A stretch of DNA of 64,000 nucleotides from an uncultured Gammaproteobacteria bacterium (lineage in GTDB: Bacteria > Patescibacteriota > Microgenomatia > Daviesbacterales > UBA10151): contig CAYMZD010000001.1 of the NCBI GenBank assembly GCA_964394855.1, positions 120,107 to 184,106 on the forward strand, read 5' to 3'. Within the stretch, counting starts at the first letter, position 1, and each line of letters starts with the position of its first letter. Positions 56,329 to 64,000 of this stretch are shown piece by piece. The position numbers and the translations under genes are program-made. The notes below the pieces were generated by a model. The model was given only the letters and a program-made list of their open reading frames with translations. It made no database searches and was not told the origin of the DNA.

Positions 56329-58329
56329 TCAGGACTTGGAGGTTTTGTCAACCCCGATTAAATTCGTCCCGATTGAATCGGGATCGGGGTCAACCCCCGG
56401 TTTTGTCCAAGAAGCAAATTTGCAAGATGGGTAGTTTCGACATCCATAAAAAGTCCTTCTTTTTTTGGTGTGCCTTACCACAATTTCCCCTCCATCCAAG
56501 GGACATGTGGCATTTATCACCTCTTCCAAACTTTCTGTGTGTTTACAATCAGGGAAACCGGAGCAGGCCAAAAATTTTCCAAATTTTCCCACTCTCACAA
56601 TCAATTCTTTATTGCATTCCGGGCATTTTCTACCCGCAAATTCCACTGCCACCTTAACTCTTTCCGCCACAACACCCACTTCCTCCAGTTTTTTCTCAAA
56701 TGGAGTATAAAAATCTTTTATAACAGGTACCCACTGCCTTTCCCCCCGCGAAATTTCATCAAAGCTCTCTTCCATTTGGGCTGTAAATTTATAGTCAAAA
56801 ACATCGGGAAAGTATTTAATTAAAAAATCCGACACGGCAAAACCTAAAGCAGTAGGAATAAATTTCCTCTCTTCCCGCTCCACATAAAACCGCTCTTGAA
56901 TAGTTGAAATAATGGGGACATAAGTAGAGGGTCTTCCAATTCCTAACTCTTCCAGTTTTTTTATTAAAGAGGCTTCCGTATATCTGGCAGGAGGTTCTGT
57001 AAAATGCTGGCCGGGAATAAGTTTAATTAAATTTAAATTTTCTCCTTCATGAAGTTCCGGTAATATTTTTTCTGTTTCATCATCTTCTATTTTTCCGTAA
57101 ATTTTTAACCAACCGTCAAATTTAATAACAGAACCAGTAGCCCGAAGTAAATAATTGCCTGCTTGCACATCAACTGTGGTTTGACTCACCAAGGCCTCAC
57201 TCATTTGGCAAGCCACAAATCTCTTCCAGATCAAATCATAAAGTTTTTGGTGATCTCTATCGCCTCGCAAGGTCTCACTTTGTGTGCGTACATCTGTCGG
57301 ACGTATGGCTTCATGAGCTTCCTGGGCATTTTTAGATTTGGTCTTAAAAAATCTTGGGGCTTTGGGCAAATAATTTTTGCCGTATTCTTTTTCTAAAAAT
57401 TGCCTGACAGATGAAACTGCGCTTGGGGCCAAATTTAGCGAATCGGTTCTCATGTAAGTTATCAAACCCCTCTCATATAAATCCTGGGCCAGTTTCATGG
57501 TTTTTTTAGAAGTAAACCCCAATTTATTAACACCTGCCTGCTGCATGGTGGAAGTGGTAAAAGGAGGACTGGGGAATTTTTTAACCTCCTTTTGAGTAAT
57601 TTTGAGAACTTCGTAATTTGCTTTTTCTAAATTGGCAACATGTTCTTTGGCTTCTTTTTCATTTTTGATAGTTAATTTTTTTCCATCTTTTTCTATTAAA
57701 GCAGCCAAAAACCTTGATTCTTGATTCTTGTTGCTTAATTCTAATTCCGCTTCTATACTCCAATATTCTCGGGGTAAAAAGGCGGAGATTTCTCGCTCAC
57801 GCTCCACTATTAAACGAAGAGCCACAGACTGAACTCTACCTGCAGACAAACCTCTTTTTACCTTTGTCCAAAGCAGGGGGGAAAGTTTATAACCAACCAG
57901 GCGATCTAAAATCCTTCTAGCTTGTTGAGCATCAACCAACTGCATATCCATGTTACGGGGATGTTGGAAAGCTTCTCTTATAGCCTCTTCTGTAATTTCA
58001 TGAAACACTACTCTTTTTATCTTCTTCCCCTTATCATTTATCACTTGTCCTAGATGCCAAGCAATGGCTTCGCCTTCTCTGTCCGGATCTGTGGCCAGCC
58101 ACAAAGTCTTAGCTTCCATTGCCTCCCTTTTTAACTCATTAACCAGTTTTCTTTTAGCTCGCGGGATAATGTATTGGGGAGCAAAGTTATGGTCTAAATC
58201 TATGCCAAACTCACTCTTGGGCAAATCCCTGACATGCCCCATGGAGGCCATTATTTGATACTGACTTCCTAAAAATCGCTCCAGGGTTCTGGCTTTCGTC
58301 GGGCTTTCTACAATAACTAGATTGTTCAT
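56329..58329 (-). CDS. topA: DNA topoisomerase I
   Basis: LVIVESPTKA, DPDREGE, SAGRVQS, ITYMRTD, GRPSTY, C4 zinc fingers; start MNNLVIVES. Confidence 0.97.
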   Translation of the reverse strand: MNNLVIVESPTKARTLERFLGSQYQIMASMGHVRDLPKSEFGIDLDHNFAPQYIIPRAKRKLVNELKREAMEAKTLWLATDPDREGEAIAWHLGQVINDKGKKIKRVVFHEITEEAIREAFQHPRNMDMQLVDAQQARRILDRLVGYKLSPLLWTKVKRGLSAGRVQSVALRLIVEREREISAFLPREYWSIEAELELSNKNQESRFLAALIEKDGKKLTIKNEKEAKEHVANLEKANYEVLKITQKEVKKFPSPPFTTSTMQQAGVNKLGFTSKKTMKLAQDLYERGLITYMRTDSLNLAPSAVSSVRQFLEKEYGKNYLPKAPRFFKTKSKNAQEAHEAIRPTDVRTQSETLRGDRDHQKLYDLIWKRFVACQMSEALVSQTTVDVQAGNYLLRATGSVIKFDGWLKIYGKIEDDETEKILPELHEGENLNLIKLIPGQHFTEPPARYTEASLIKKLEELGIGRPSTYVPIISTIQERFYVEREERKFIPTALGFAVSDFLIKYFPDVFDYKFTAQMEESFDEISRGERQWVPVIKDFYTPFEKKLEEVGVVAERVKVAVEFAGRKCPECNKELIVRVGKFGKFLACSGFPDCKHTESLEEVINATCPLDGGEIVVRHTKKRRTFYGCRNYPSCKFASWTKPGVDPDPDSIGTNLIGVDKTSKS

Positions 58330-58382
58330 TAATATATCCTTATCAATGAAGTTTACCTTGATAGAAGTTGAAGGGTCAAGAG

Positions 58383-58694
58383 TTAATGCCAATAATCAAT
58401 ATCAGTAACGTGATCAAATCTATGAATAGCAGATAATCTATCTGACAAATGTAATACTCTCAAGTGGGAAAATACGGTTATAGCCGTAACTACCGCTATA
58501 CTAAGAATTTCCAAAAGCAGTGTAGATCCTCGTGGCGCACTTACATTTAATCCCATACCTTCAGCTATTTTCTCCACCGCTCCACATTCAACAGCTACCA
58601 TACCTGCTAAAACCGCTGTAGAACCATTTCTAGCCCATTGCCAATTTTTTAAGTCTGCGCGAACTTCCCCTACTTGAGCCTCTAGTTTAGTCAT
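58383..58694 (-). CDS. Hypothetical membrane protein
   Basis: Two hydrophobic segments. Confidence 0.5.
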   Translation of the reverse strand: MTKLEAQVGEVRADLKNWQWARNGSTAVLAGMVAVECGAVEKIAEGMGLNVSAPRGSTLLLEILSIAVVTAITVFSHLRVLHLSDRLSAIHRFDHVTDIDYWH

Positions 58695-58712
58695 AAACTG
58701 ATAGTAAATCTT

Positions 58713-58967
58713 TTAGAGTACCTTGTCAAGAACTTCAAAATCACTATCCAAAACTTGGGGATCAACTGAATCTAGCTCTTTTTGTAAATCAGTAGTTGAA
58801 TCAAATTTAAAAGTTTGAGGTGAGGGGCTGGGGGTGGAAGTAGGCTTGCTGGTTGATACCCCGGGACTTATCAAATTTTTTTCTACCCTTTGTTGATTTC
58901 TGAATATAATCGTTATAAAAATTATAAAAGTTATAATAATTATAAAAGTTAAGATTTTTTTATTCAT
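58713..58967 (-). CDS. Small membrane-anchored hypothetical protein
   Basis: N-terminal TM, P/S/T linker, acidic C-terminus. Confidence 0.6.
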   Translation of the reverse strand: MNKKILTFIIIITFIIFITIIFRNQQRVEKNLISPGVSTSKPTSTPSPSPQTFKFDSTTDLQKELDSVDPQVLDSDFEVLDKVL

Positions 58968-59331
58968 TAAGTGCCTTTCTAACTTGCGTTTTAGCCCGTA
59001 AAATTTTATTAGCTAAAATTTGCAGGGAGTATTTCAAATCACCCCCAGAAGAATATTTCTGGGCTTTTTGAAAGGCTAGCGCTTCTGCTGTATATGTAAT
59101 CCAGTAATCAGCTCGCTCAACTTCGTTTTGGGGAGTGCCAAAAGCCACTAAAGTTTTTTGTCCTGCCAAGCCCTTCCTTGCCTTTAACTCCTCCATAATG
59201 CCCGAGAGTTTATTAATGTCTTCTTCAAATCGCCAACAAACTTGCTGGTTAATTTGATCTAGTGAGGGAGTGGCAAAAACTGTCACTGGAAAAATTAAAA
59301 CCATTACCCCTATTAAAATCCATTTTTTCAT
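58960..59331 (-). CDS. Secreted hypothetical protein
   Basis: Signal peptide; overlaps neighbours on both sides. Confidence 0.6.
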   Translation of the reverse strand: MKKWILIGVMVLIFPVTVFATPSLDQINQQVCWRFEEDINKLSGIMEELKARKGLAGQKTLVAFGTPQNEVERADYWITYTAEALAFQKAQKYSSGGDLKYSLQILANKILRAKTQVRKALNE

Positions 59332-61841
59332 CCTAGCAGTTCTACTCCGGCTTTAAAGAGTTGACCCTTAACCAGTTTATTTTCCAAAATCAAATGGGAA
59401 AGGTTTGCTTCCAGGGTGTCTTGGATTAAACGACGAAGGGGTCTGGCTCCCAGGACTGAATCAAAGCCACGTTTGGCCAGTTCTACTACCAAACCTTCAT
59501 CAAACTCCACCAGAAAACCATTTTCCCTCATCTGATTTTGTAAACCTGCCAGTTTTAAGGTGACAATTTTTTGTAAATTATCTTTGGATAAAGGTTTAAA
59601 AAGTACCACATCATCAAAGCGATTGATTAGTTCCGGTTTAAAAATTTGCAACAGCTCCTCACTCACTTGGCTTTTTAGCTCTTCCAAACTTTGTCCTTTC
59701 TCCAGACCATGAGCGATGGTGAGCGAGGCGGCATTGGAAGTGGCAATAATAATGGTATTGGTAAAATCAACCGTCTTTCCTGCTCCATCAGTTAAACGAC
59801 CATCCTCCAAAACTTGTAAGAAAAGTGTTAAAATTTTTTGATCGGCTTTTTCCAGTTCATCAAGCAGTAAAAGAGCGAAAGGCTTTTCTCTGACAGCTTC
59901 TGTCAGCTGGCCTCCTTCATCCTGTGAACCAATTAACCTACCCACCGCATCACTACTTTGGTATTCAGACATGTCAAAACGCAAAAATGCCCCCTGGTTT
60001 TTAAAGTAAACTTCTGCCAAGGTTTTAGCAGCTTCAGTCTTACCCACTCCGGTTGGCCCCACAAACAAGAATGACCCCATGGGTCTGGTCTCTTCTCGCA
60101 GTCCAATGGCACTGCGGCGCAAACTATCTGCTACCACCCTGACCGCTTCTTCCTGATCTATCAAACGTTGATGAATTGCTTCCTCCAGATTTAACAATTT
60201 CTCTTTGGCCACATTACCTAGTTCCACCACTGGTACACTGACCCTCTCTGAAACTATTTGTGATACCACTTGTTGTGTAATCCAACCACTTCTTGGTTGA
60301 GTTTGGGCTTCACGGAAAATAAACAGGGCACTATCTGGCAAAACCCTGTCCTTAATTAGGCGTGCTCCTAATTCAGCCATTTTACCTATAGCCAAATAGG
60401 AAGTTCTAATCTTTCTTTCTCTTTCGAAACTGATAGCTGCTTTCTCCAAAATCTCTACCGTCTCATCCAAGCTGGCAGGTGGAATTTCTATTTTAGTAAA
60501 CAGTCTGGCAAAAGCTGCCTGTTTTTCTAAAATCTTGGAATAATTTTCTTGTTCGGTAGTGGCAATAAATTGAAAGCTGGATGATTCCATATAGGGCAGC
60601 ATTAAAGAGTATAAATTCATGGTGGTAGCTACCTCACCTATTCCTAAATTATGTATCTCCTCCACCACTAAAATAATATTTTGGACAAAACTAACTTCTG
60701 CAAAAATATTTTTTACTCTATCTGCCAACTCACCTTGGGTCCTCATTCCTGATAAAAGCTTGGTGTTATCCAAAGCAACTACTCTCTTGGTGGCCAAAGA
60801 GGGAGGAGCGTCACCTGCTAAAATCTGTTTAGCTAAATATTGGATCAGCGCTGTTTTACCAGTACCTGGTGAACCAACTAAAACTACATTCTGTCTTAAA
60901 TCCTGGGATAAGACATTAACAAGTTCCCTCACCAGTGAAGTTCTACCCAAAAATTCCTCAAAACCCACCTTACTCGCTTCCCTGGTTAAATCTTGGGAAA
61001 CACTATCCAAGGTAGGAGTAGGCGCTCCTAACCAACCCCTGTTGACACCCCTAAGATGGCGGATGTTAAAATCATCATCCCAAAAAAAGACCAATCTCTG
61101 GCTATTTTTTTTCTTTTCTTGATAAAAAAGAGTTCCTGCAAAATCTGCCAGTTCTAAACTAAATTGTGCCAAATGGTTTTCAATTTGGGGATATATTTTT
61201 AAATAGGCCACAAAAAAATGGCTCACCCCAATGTATTTTGCACTTGTTCTTTTGGCCAAATTAAATGCTTCTTCTCCCACCTTTTCTATATTGATGGAGG
61301 AAAAATTTAAGGTTTTAAAAATATCTGGTGATTTTTCCAAATATGCCAGCAGGTTGATTACCTCGTGATGCAACAGCAGTTTAGTAAAATTCAATTTCTC
61401 CTTGGCCACTAAAGAAGCGGCCCAAAAATCATCTCCTTGGTGAACTTGCCATAGAGTTTTATGTGGATGAGACAAATGGCGAATCAAAAATAAACCCATG
61501 CCAGTCAAAAGCAATATCAAGCTTAAAATTCCACTAAATCCCCAAATCGCTGCCACTGGCAAAGCGAACCACAAAATTGCCAATGCTACCATCATGATAG
61601 TAGCCAAGGCAAAAGCAAAAAGACCTAACAAGATCCTCACTAAACGAAAGATGAAACTTAAAATGTGTCCGACTAAAGAACTATCATGAAAAAGTGGTAC
61701 AAAAAGAAGTTTCCACATCAAGCCAAATCCCAAATCTTCTTCCAGATAGAGGATTAAATTTTTCCAAGTTAAAATAAAAAAACTTAAAGATTCTACATAC
61801 CAAAACTTTAAAAGATGAGTAGGCAGCAAAAAATATTTCAT
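59328..61841 (-). CDS. ClpA/ClpB-type AAA+ ATPase with N-terminal membrane segments
   Basis: GSPGTGKT and GPTGVGKTE Walker A, RFDMSEY, LLDELEKA, PELINRFD, GARPLRR. Confidence 0.9.
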   Translation of the reverse strand: MKYFLLPTHLLKFWYVESLSFFILTWKNLILYLEEDLGFGLMWKLLFVPLFHDSSLVGHILSFIFRLVRILLGLFAFALATIMMVALAILWFALPVAAIWGFSGILSLILLLTGMGLFLIRHLSHPHKTLWQVHQGDDFWAASLVAKEKLNFTKLLLHHEVINLLAYLEKSPDIFKTLNFSSINIEKVGEEAFNLAKRTSAKYIGVSHFFVAYLKIYPQIENHLAQFSLELADFAGTLFYQEKKKNSQRLVFFWDDDFNIRHLRGVNRGWLGAPTPTLDSVSQDLTREASKVGFEEFLGRTSLVRELVNVLSQDLRQNVVLVGSPGTGKTALIQYLAKQILAGDAPPSLATKRVVALDNTKLLSGMRTQGELADRVKNIFAEVSFVQNIILVVEEIHNLGIGEVATTMNLYSLMLPYMESSSFQFIATTEQENYSKILEKQAAFARLFTKIEIPPASLDETVEILEKAAISFERERKIRTSYLAIGKMAELGARLIKDRVLPDSALFIFREAQTQPRSGWITQQVVSQIVSERVSVPVVELGNVAKEKLLNLEEAIHQRLIDQEEAVRVVADSLRRSAIGLREETRPMGSFLFVGPTGVGKTEAAKTLAEVYFKNQGAFLRFDMSEYQSSDAVGRLIGSQDEGGQLTEAVREKPFALLLLDELEKADQKILTLFLQVLEDGRLTDGAGKTVDFTNTIIIATSNAASLTIAHGLEKGQSLEELKSQVSEELLQIFKPELINRFDDVVLFKPLSKDNLQKIVTLKLAGLQNQMRENGFLVEFDEGLVVELAKRGFDSVLGARPLRRLIQDTLEANLSHLILENKLVKGQLFKAGVELLG

Positions 61842-61846
61842 GTGAG

Positions 61847-62203
61847 CTATTTAACCCTGATTAAATTACCTTGTATGTCAAGCTCTACAAAATGCTTGGC
61901 TCTACCTTCTAAATAGGCGGAACACTGGTTCTGCGCTAAATCATCCATTGCTTGTCTGGGACGATGAGCCACATCTGCTACCCACCCAGGAATTAAATCA
62001 TTGGAAAGACAAGGACCACCAGATAAATCTTCACTCAAATTTTTTCTAATTTGAAAAAGTCGTTTAGCTTGATCAATGGCTTTATCGGCTTCTGGCCAAA
62101 CTCCCGGCTTATAAAAATGCTCCCTGGTTCGATTGGTGTACACTAAATACGAAGAAACTAAAATCACCGCTAAGCTAGCAACTAATAAGGCAGGTTTTGA
62201 CAT
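61847..62203 (-). CDS. Membrane-anchored hypothetical protein
   Basis: N-terminal TM; GPCLSN, WVAD.AH.PR, NQC motifs. Confidence 0.6.
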   Translation of the reverse strand: MSKPALLVASLAVILVSSYLVYTNRTREHFYKPGVWPEADKAIDQAKRLFQIRKNLSEDLSGGPCLSNDLIPGWVADVAHRPRQAMDDLAQNQCSAYLEGRAKHFVELDIQGNLIRVK

Positions 62204-62212
62204 ACATTTTTA

Positions 62213-63316
62213 TTATACCTTACAATAAATGCCGTTACCTAGATTTCGCACTATTCCCAGAATCTCCATTTTTAACAAGTCGGCACTAACTTCTGCGGCA
62301 GATAAATTGAGCTCCCGGCAAATCTCATCAATATGTTTATTTTCATTTTGCAAAGTTTCCAGAAGTTGCTTTTCCCCTGGGGAAAGTTCCTGTTTCCCTA
62401 AATTGGCCTGATCGGACCGATTAGATTTATCCCAACCCAGTTCTTCTAAAATTTCATTTGCTTCAAAAGTAAGCCTGGCTCCTTCTTTGATTAAATCTGC
62501 TGGACCACGAGATAGCTCTGATGTCACAGGGCCGGGAATGGCAAACACATCCCTACCTTGTTCCAGAGCCAAGCGGGCAGTGATTAAAGAACCGCTATCA
62601 CTACTAGCTTCAGTCACCAAAACTGCCCGCGACAAACCAGAAATAATCCTGTTTCTGGCAGGGAAATTACCCGGCATAGACGGATAATCAGGAGGAAATT
62701 CTGTTAAAACCGCGCCAGCTGTTTGGATTTGTTTTGCCAGTAAAGTATTTTCCGGGGGATAAATATTATTTAAACCTCCACCCAAAACAGCCAAGGTACG
62801 GCCACCTTCTGTCAAGGCCGCCTGGTGGGCGCATGCATCAACCCCTCTAGCCAGACCCGACACAATGGTCAAACCCGCTGCTACCAAATCTTTGGTAAAT
62901 TTTTCAGTCACCAGCTTTCCATAGCCTGTCATCTTGCGGGTACCCACTACGGCAATCGCTTTTTCATCTTGTGGTAAAATTTCCCCTTTATAATATAAAA
63001 CAACAGGTGGATCGTAAATTTGTTTTAAGTTTTTGGGGTAGCATTCATCAAAAATTGTCAGCCATTTTATACCAGATTCTTCAATGGATTTTGCATAGTC
63101 TTCTGGACTAAAATTTCTACGAGTTTCTACTAATATCTCTACTGTATTTCTGGGAATACCCAATTCTATTAATTGTTTTTGATCAGCTTCCCATGCCAGT
63201 TTCGGGTCTTGAAAATGGTCAAGAACAGCTTTTAATCTCATTGGTCCCAAACCATCAATTGAATGAAGTGCTAAAAGATATGGAAGATTTTTTATGATCA
63301 CAAGTGGATTATACAA
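62213..63316 (-). CDS. dprA: DNA-processing protein DprA
   Basis: YP..LKQI.DPP, VVGTRK, VSGLARGVD, FPARNRIISGL, SGSLITA; exact start uncertain. Confidence 0.96.
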   Translation of the reverse strand: MYNPLVIIKNLPYLLALHSIDGLGPMRLKAVLDHFQDPKLAWEADQKQLIELGIPRNTVEILVETRRNFSPEDYAKSIEESGIKWLTIFDECYPKNLKQIYDPPVVLYYKGEILPQDEKAIAVVGTRKMTGYGKLVTEKFTKDLVAAGLTIVSGLARGVDACAHQAALTEGGRTLAVLGGGLNNIYPPENTLLAKQIQTAGAVLTEFPPDYPSMPGNFPARNRIISGLSRAVLVTEASSDSGSLITARLALEQGRDVFAIPGPVTSELSRGPADLIKEGARLTFEANEILEELGWDKSNRSDQANLGKQELSPGEKQLLETLQNENKHIDEICRELNLSAAEVSADLLKMEILGIVRNLGNGIYCKV

Positions 63317-63503
63317 TATCAGCTAGTAGTTGACTCGTATCCGCGGCGCTGTAAAAAAATTCTCAAATTAATTCCCGCGACAGATAAGTAAGTTCCCAAT
63401 AAACCCACTGTTCCCAGACCACATAGGTCACATAGGTATTAAATAATCATTTTTACTCGATCGAAAAATTTTGTCAATAATGCAAGGTACTTAACACTTA
63501 CAC

Positions 63504-63531
63504 TTGACAGATAACAATAAATAAGTATAAT
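63504..63531 (+). promoter_or_regulatory. Sigma70 promoter
   Basis: TTGACA-N16-TATAAT; GAGG upstream of ATG 63553. Confidence 0.65.
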
Positions 63532-63552
63532 TTATGCTCAAAGAGGTTATTT

Positions 63553-63795
63553 ATGGCAGAACAAGAACCAAACAGGTCAGAATCACGAAGAACGGATGTC
63601 TACTGGACTACTCGGTTTAGGGCTGTTTCAGAAAGAGATGTATTGGCAGCCATGTATTTGGCTCAAATCTGCGGAGATACAGATCAAAGCCCCGAAGAAA
63701 TTCTTAACCAAATGGGTATGAATAACCCAATTGTTCAGGGACTTGCTGAAGATCTAATCAGTTATCAAAGCTCTCAAGACCCTCAAACAGCTTAA
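63553..63795 (+). CDS. Hypothetical protein
   Basis: 80-aa ORF with promoter and SD-like site. Confidence 0.55.
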   Translation: MAEQEPNRSESRRTDVYWTTRFRAVSERDVLAAMYLAQICGDTDQSPEEILNQMGMNNPIVQGLAEDLISYQSSQDPQTA

Positions 63796-63804
63796 ACCAA
63801 ATTA

Positions 63805-63999
63805 TTATTCCCCCAAGGTTCTGGCTGATTCCGAGGCCACACCTCCAAGATCTTGAATTAAATTTTTCTTATCTTCTGAAAAATACCATCTTAATATTTC
63901 TTTAGCCACAGGGGCTGCTACACTTGATCCTTCTCCTCCACCCTCTATTAAAACTGTCACTGCTAGTTTGGGATCATCACTTGGTGCAAAAGAGGCATA
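63805..63999 (-). CDS. Class B penicillin-binding protein (PBP2/MrdA-like), C-terminal end
   Basis: Manual translation YASFAPSDDPKLAVTVLIEGGGEGSSVAAPVAKEILRWYF...; not in the ORF track. Confidence 0.8.
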   Translation of the reverse strand, partial: YASFAPSDDPKLAVTVLIEGGGEGSSVAAPVAKEILRWYFSEDKKNLIQDLGGVASESARTLGE

Positions 64000-64000
64000 C

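Noticed and set aside
58330-58392. N-terminal extension of TopA in the ORF track
   Set aside because: TopA homology begins at MNNLVIVES (58329)
59-62687. Numerous 60-170 aa ORFs antisense or out-of-frame within identified genes (e.g. 1409-1720, 29503-29820, 49331-49753, 60619-61122)
   Set aside because: Overlap well-supported genes and show no recognisable motifs; typical shadow ORFs
1-64000. Alternative genetic code (UGA=Gly)
   Set aside because: Conserved genes are full length under code 11 and several end in TGA at expected positions

Overview
Low-GC bacterial chromosome segment. Gene content and style suggest a Patescibacteria/CPR, Microgenomates-like organism (inference): housekeeping genes are compact or truncated, few biosynthetic genes are present, a ClpA/B-type ATPase carries N-terminal membrane segments, and many ORFans sit inside conserved operons. 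The backbone covers translation, replication and repair (tgt fragment, RluA, efp, tRNA-Leu, dnaB, hisS, rpmE-prfA-prmC, rpsF-ssb-rpsR, ychF, cysS, recR-ybaB-dnaX, ybeY, rpsU, tig, proS, rseP, frr-tsf-rpsB, topA, dprA, PBP fragment). An accessory block (~20-35 kb) holds surface or secreted proteins and small enzymes, and there is a dcd-NUDIX-tmk-thyX thymidylate operon. The most striking structure is a wHTH + PaaX/Cas2-like gene (6056-6565) bounded exactly by two identical 36-bp imperfect palindromes next to tRNA-Leu. The repeat embeds a promoter-like sequence, and its core recurs at 4933. Other notable items are a candidate structured ncRNA with its own promoter and terminator between hisG and a truncated hisS, palindromic elements inserted in-frame into essential genes, and pervasive leaderless-type promoters. 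No CRISPR array, rRNA, integrase or transposase was seen.
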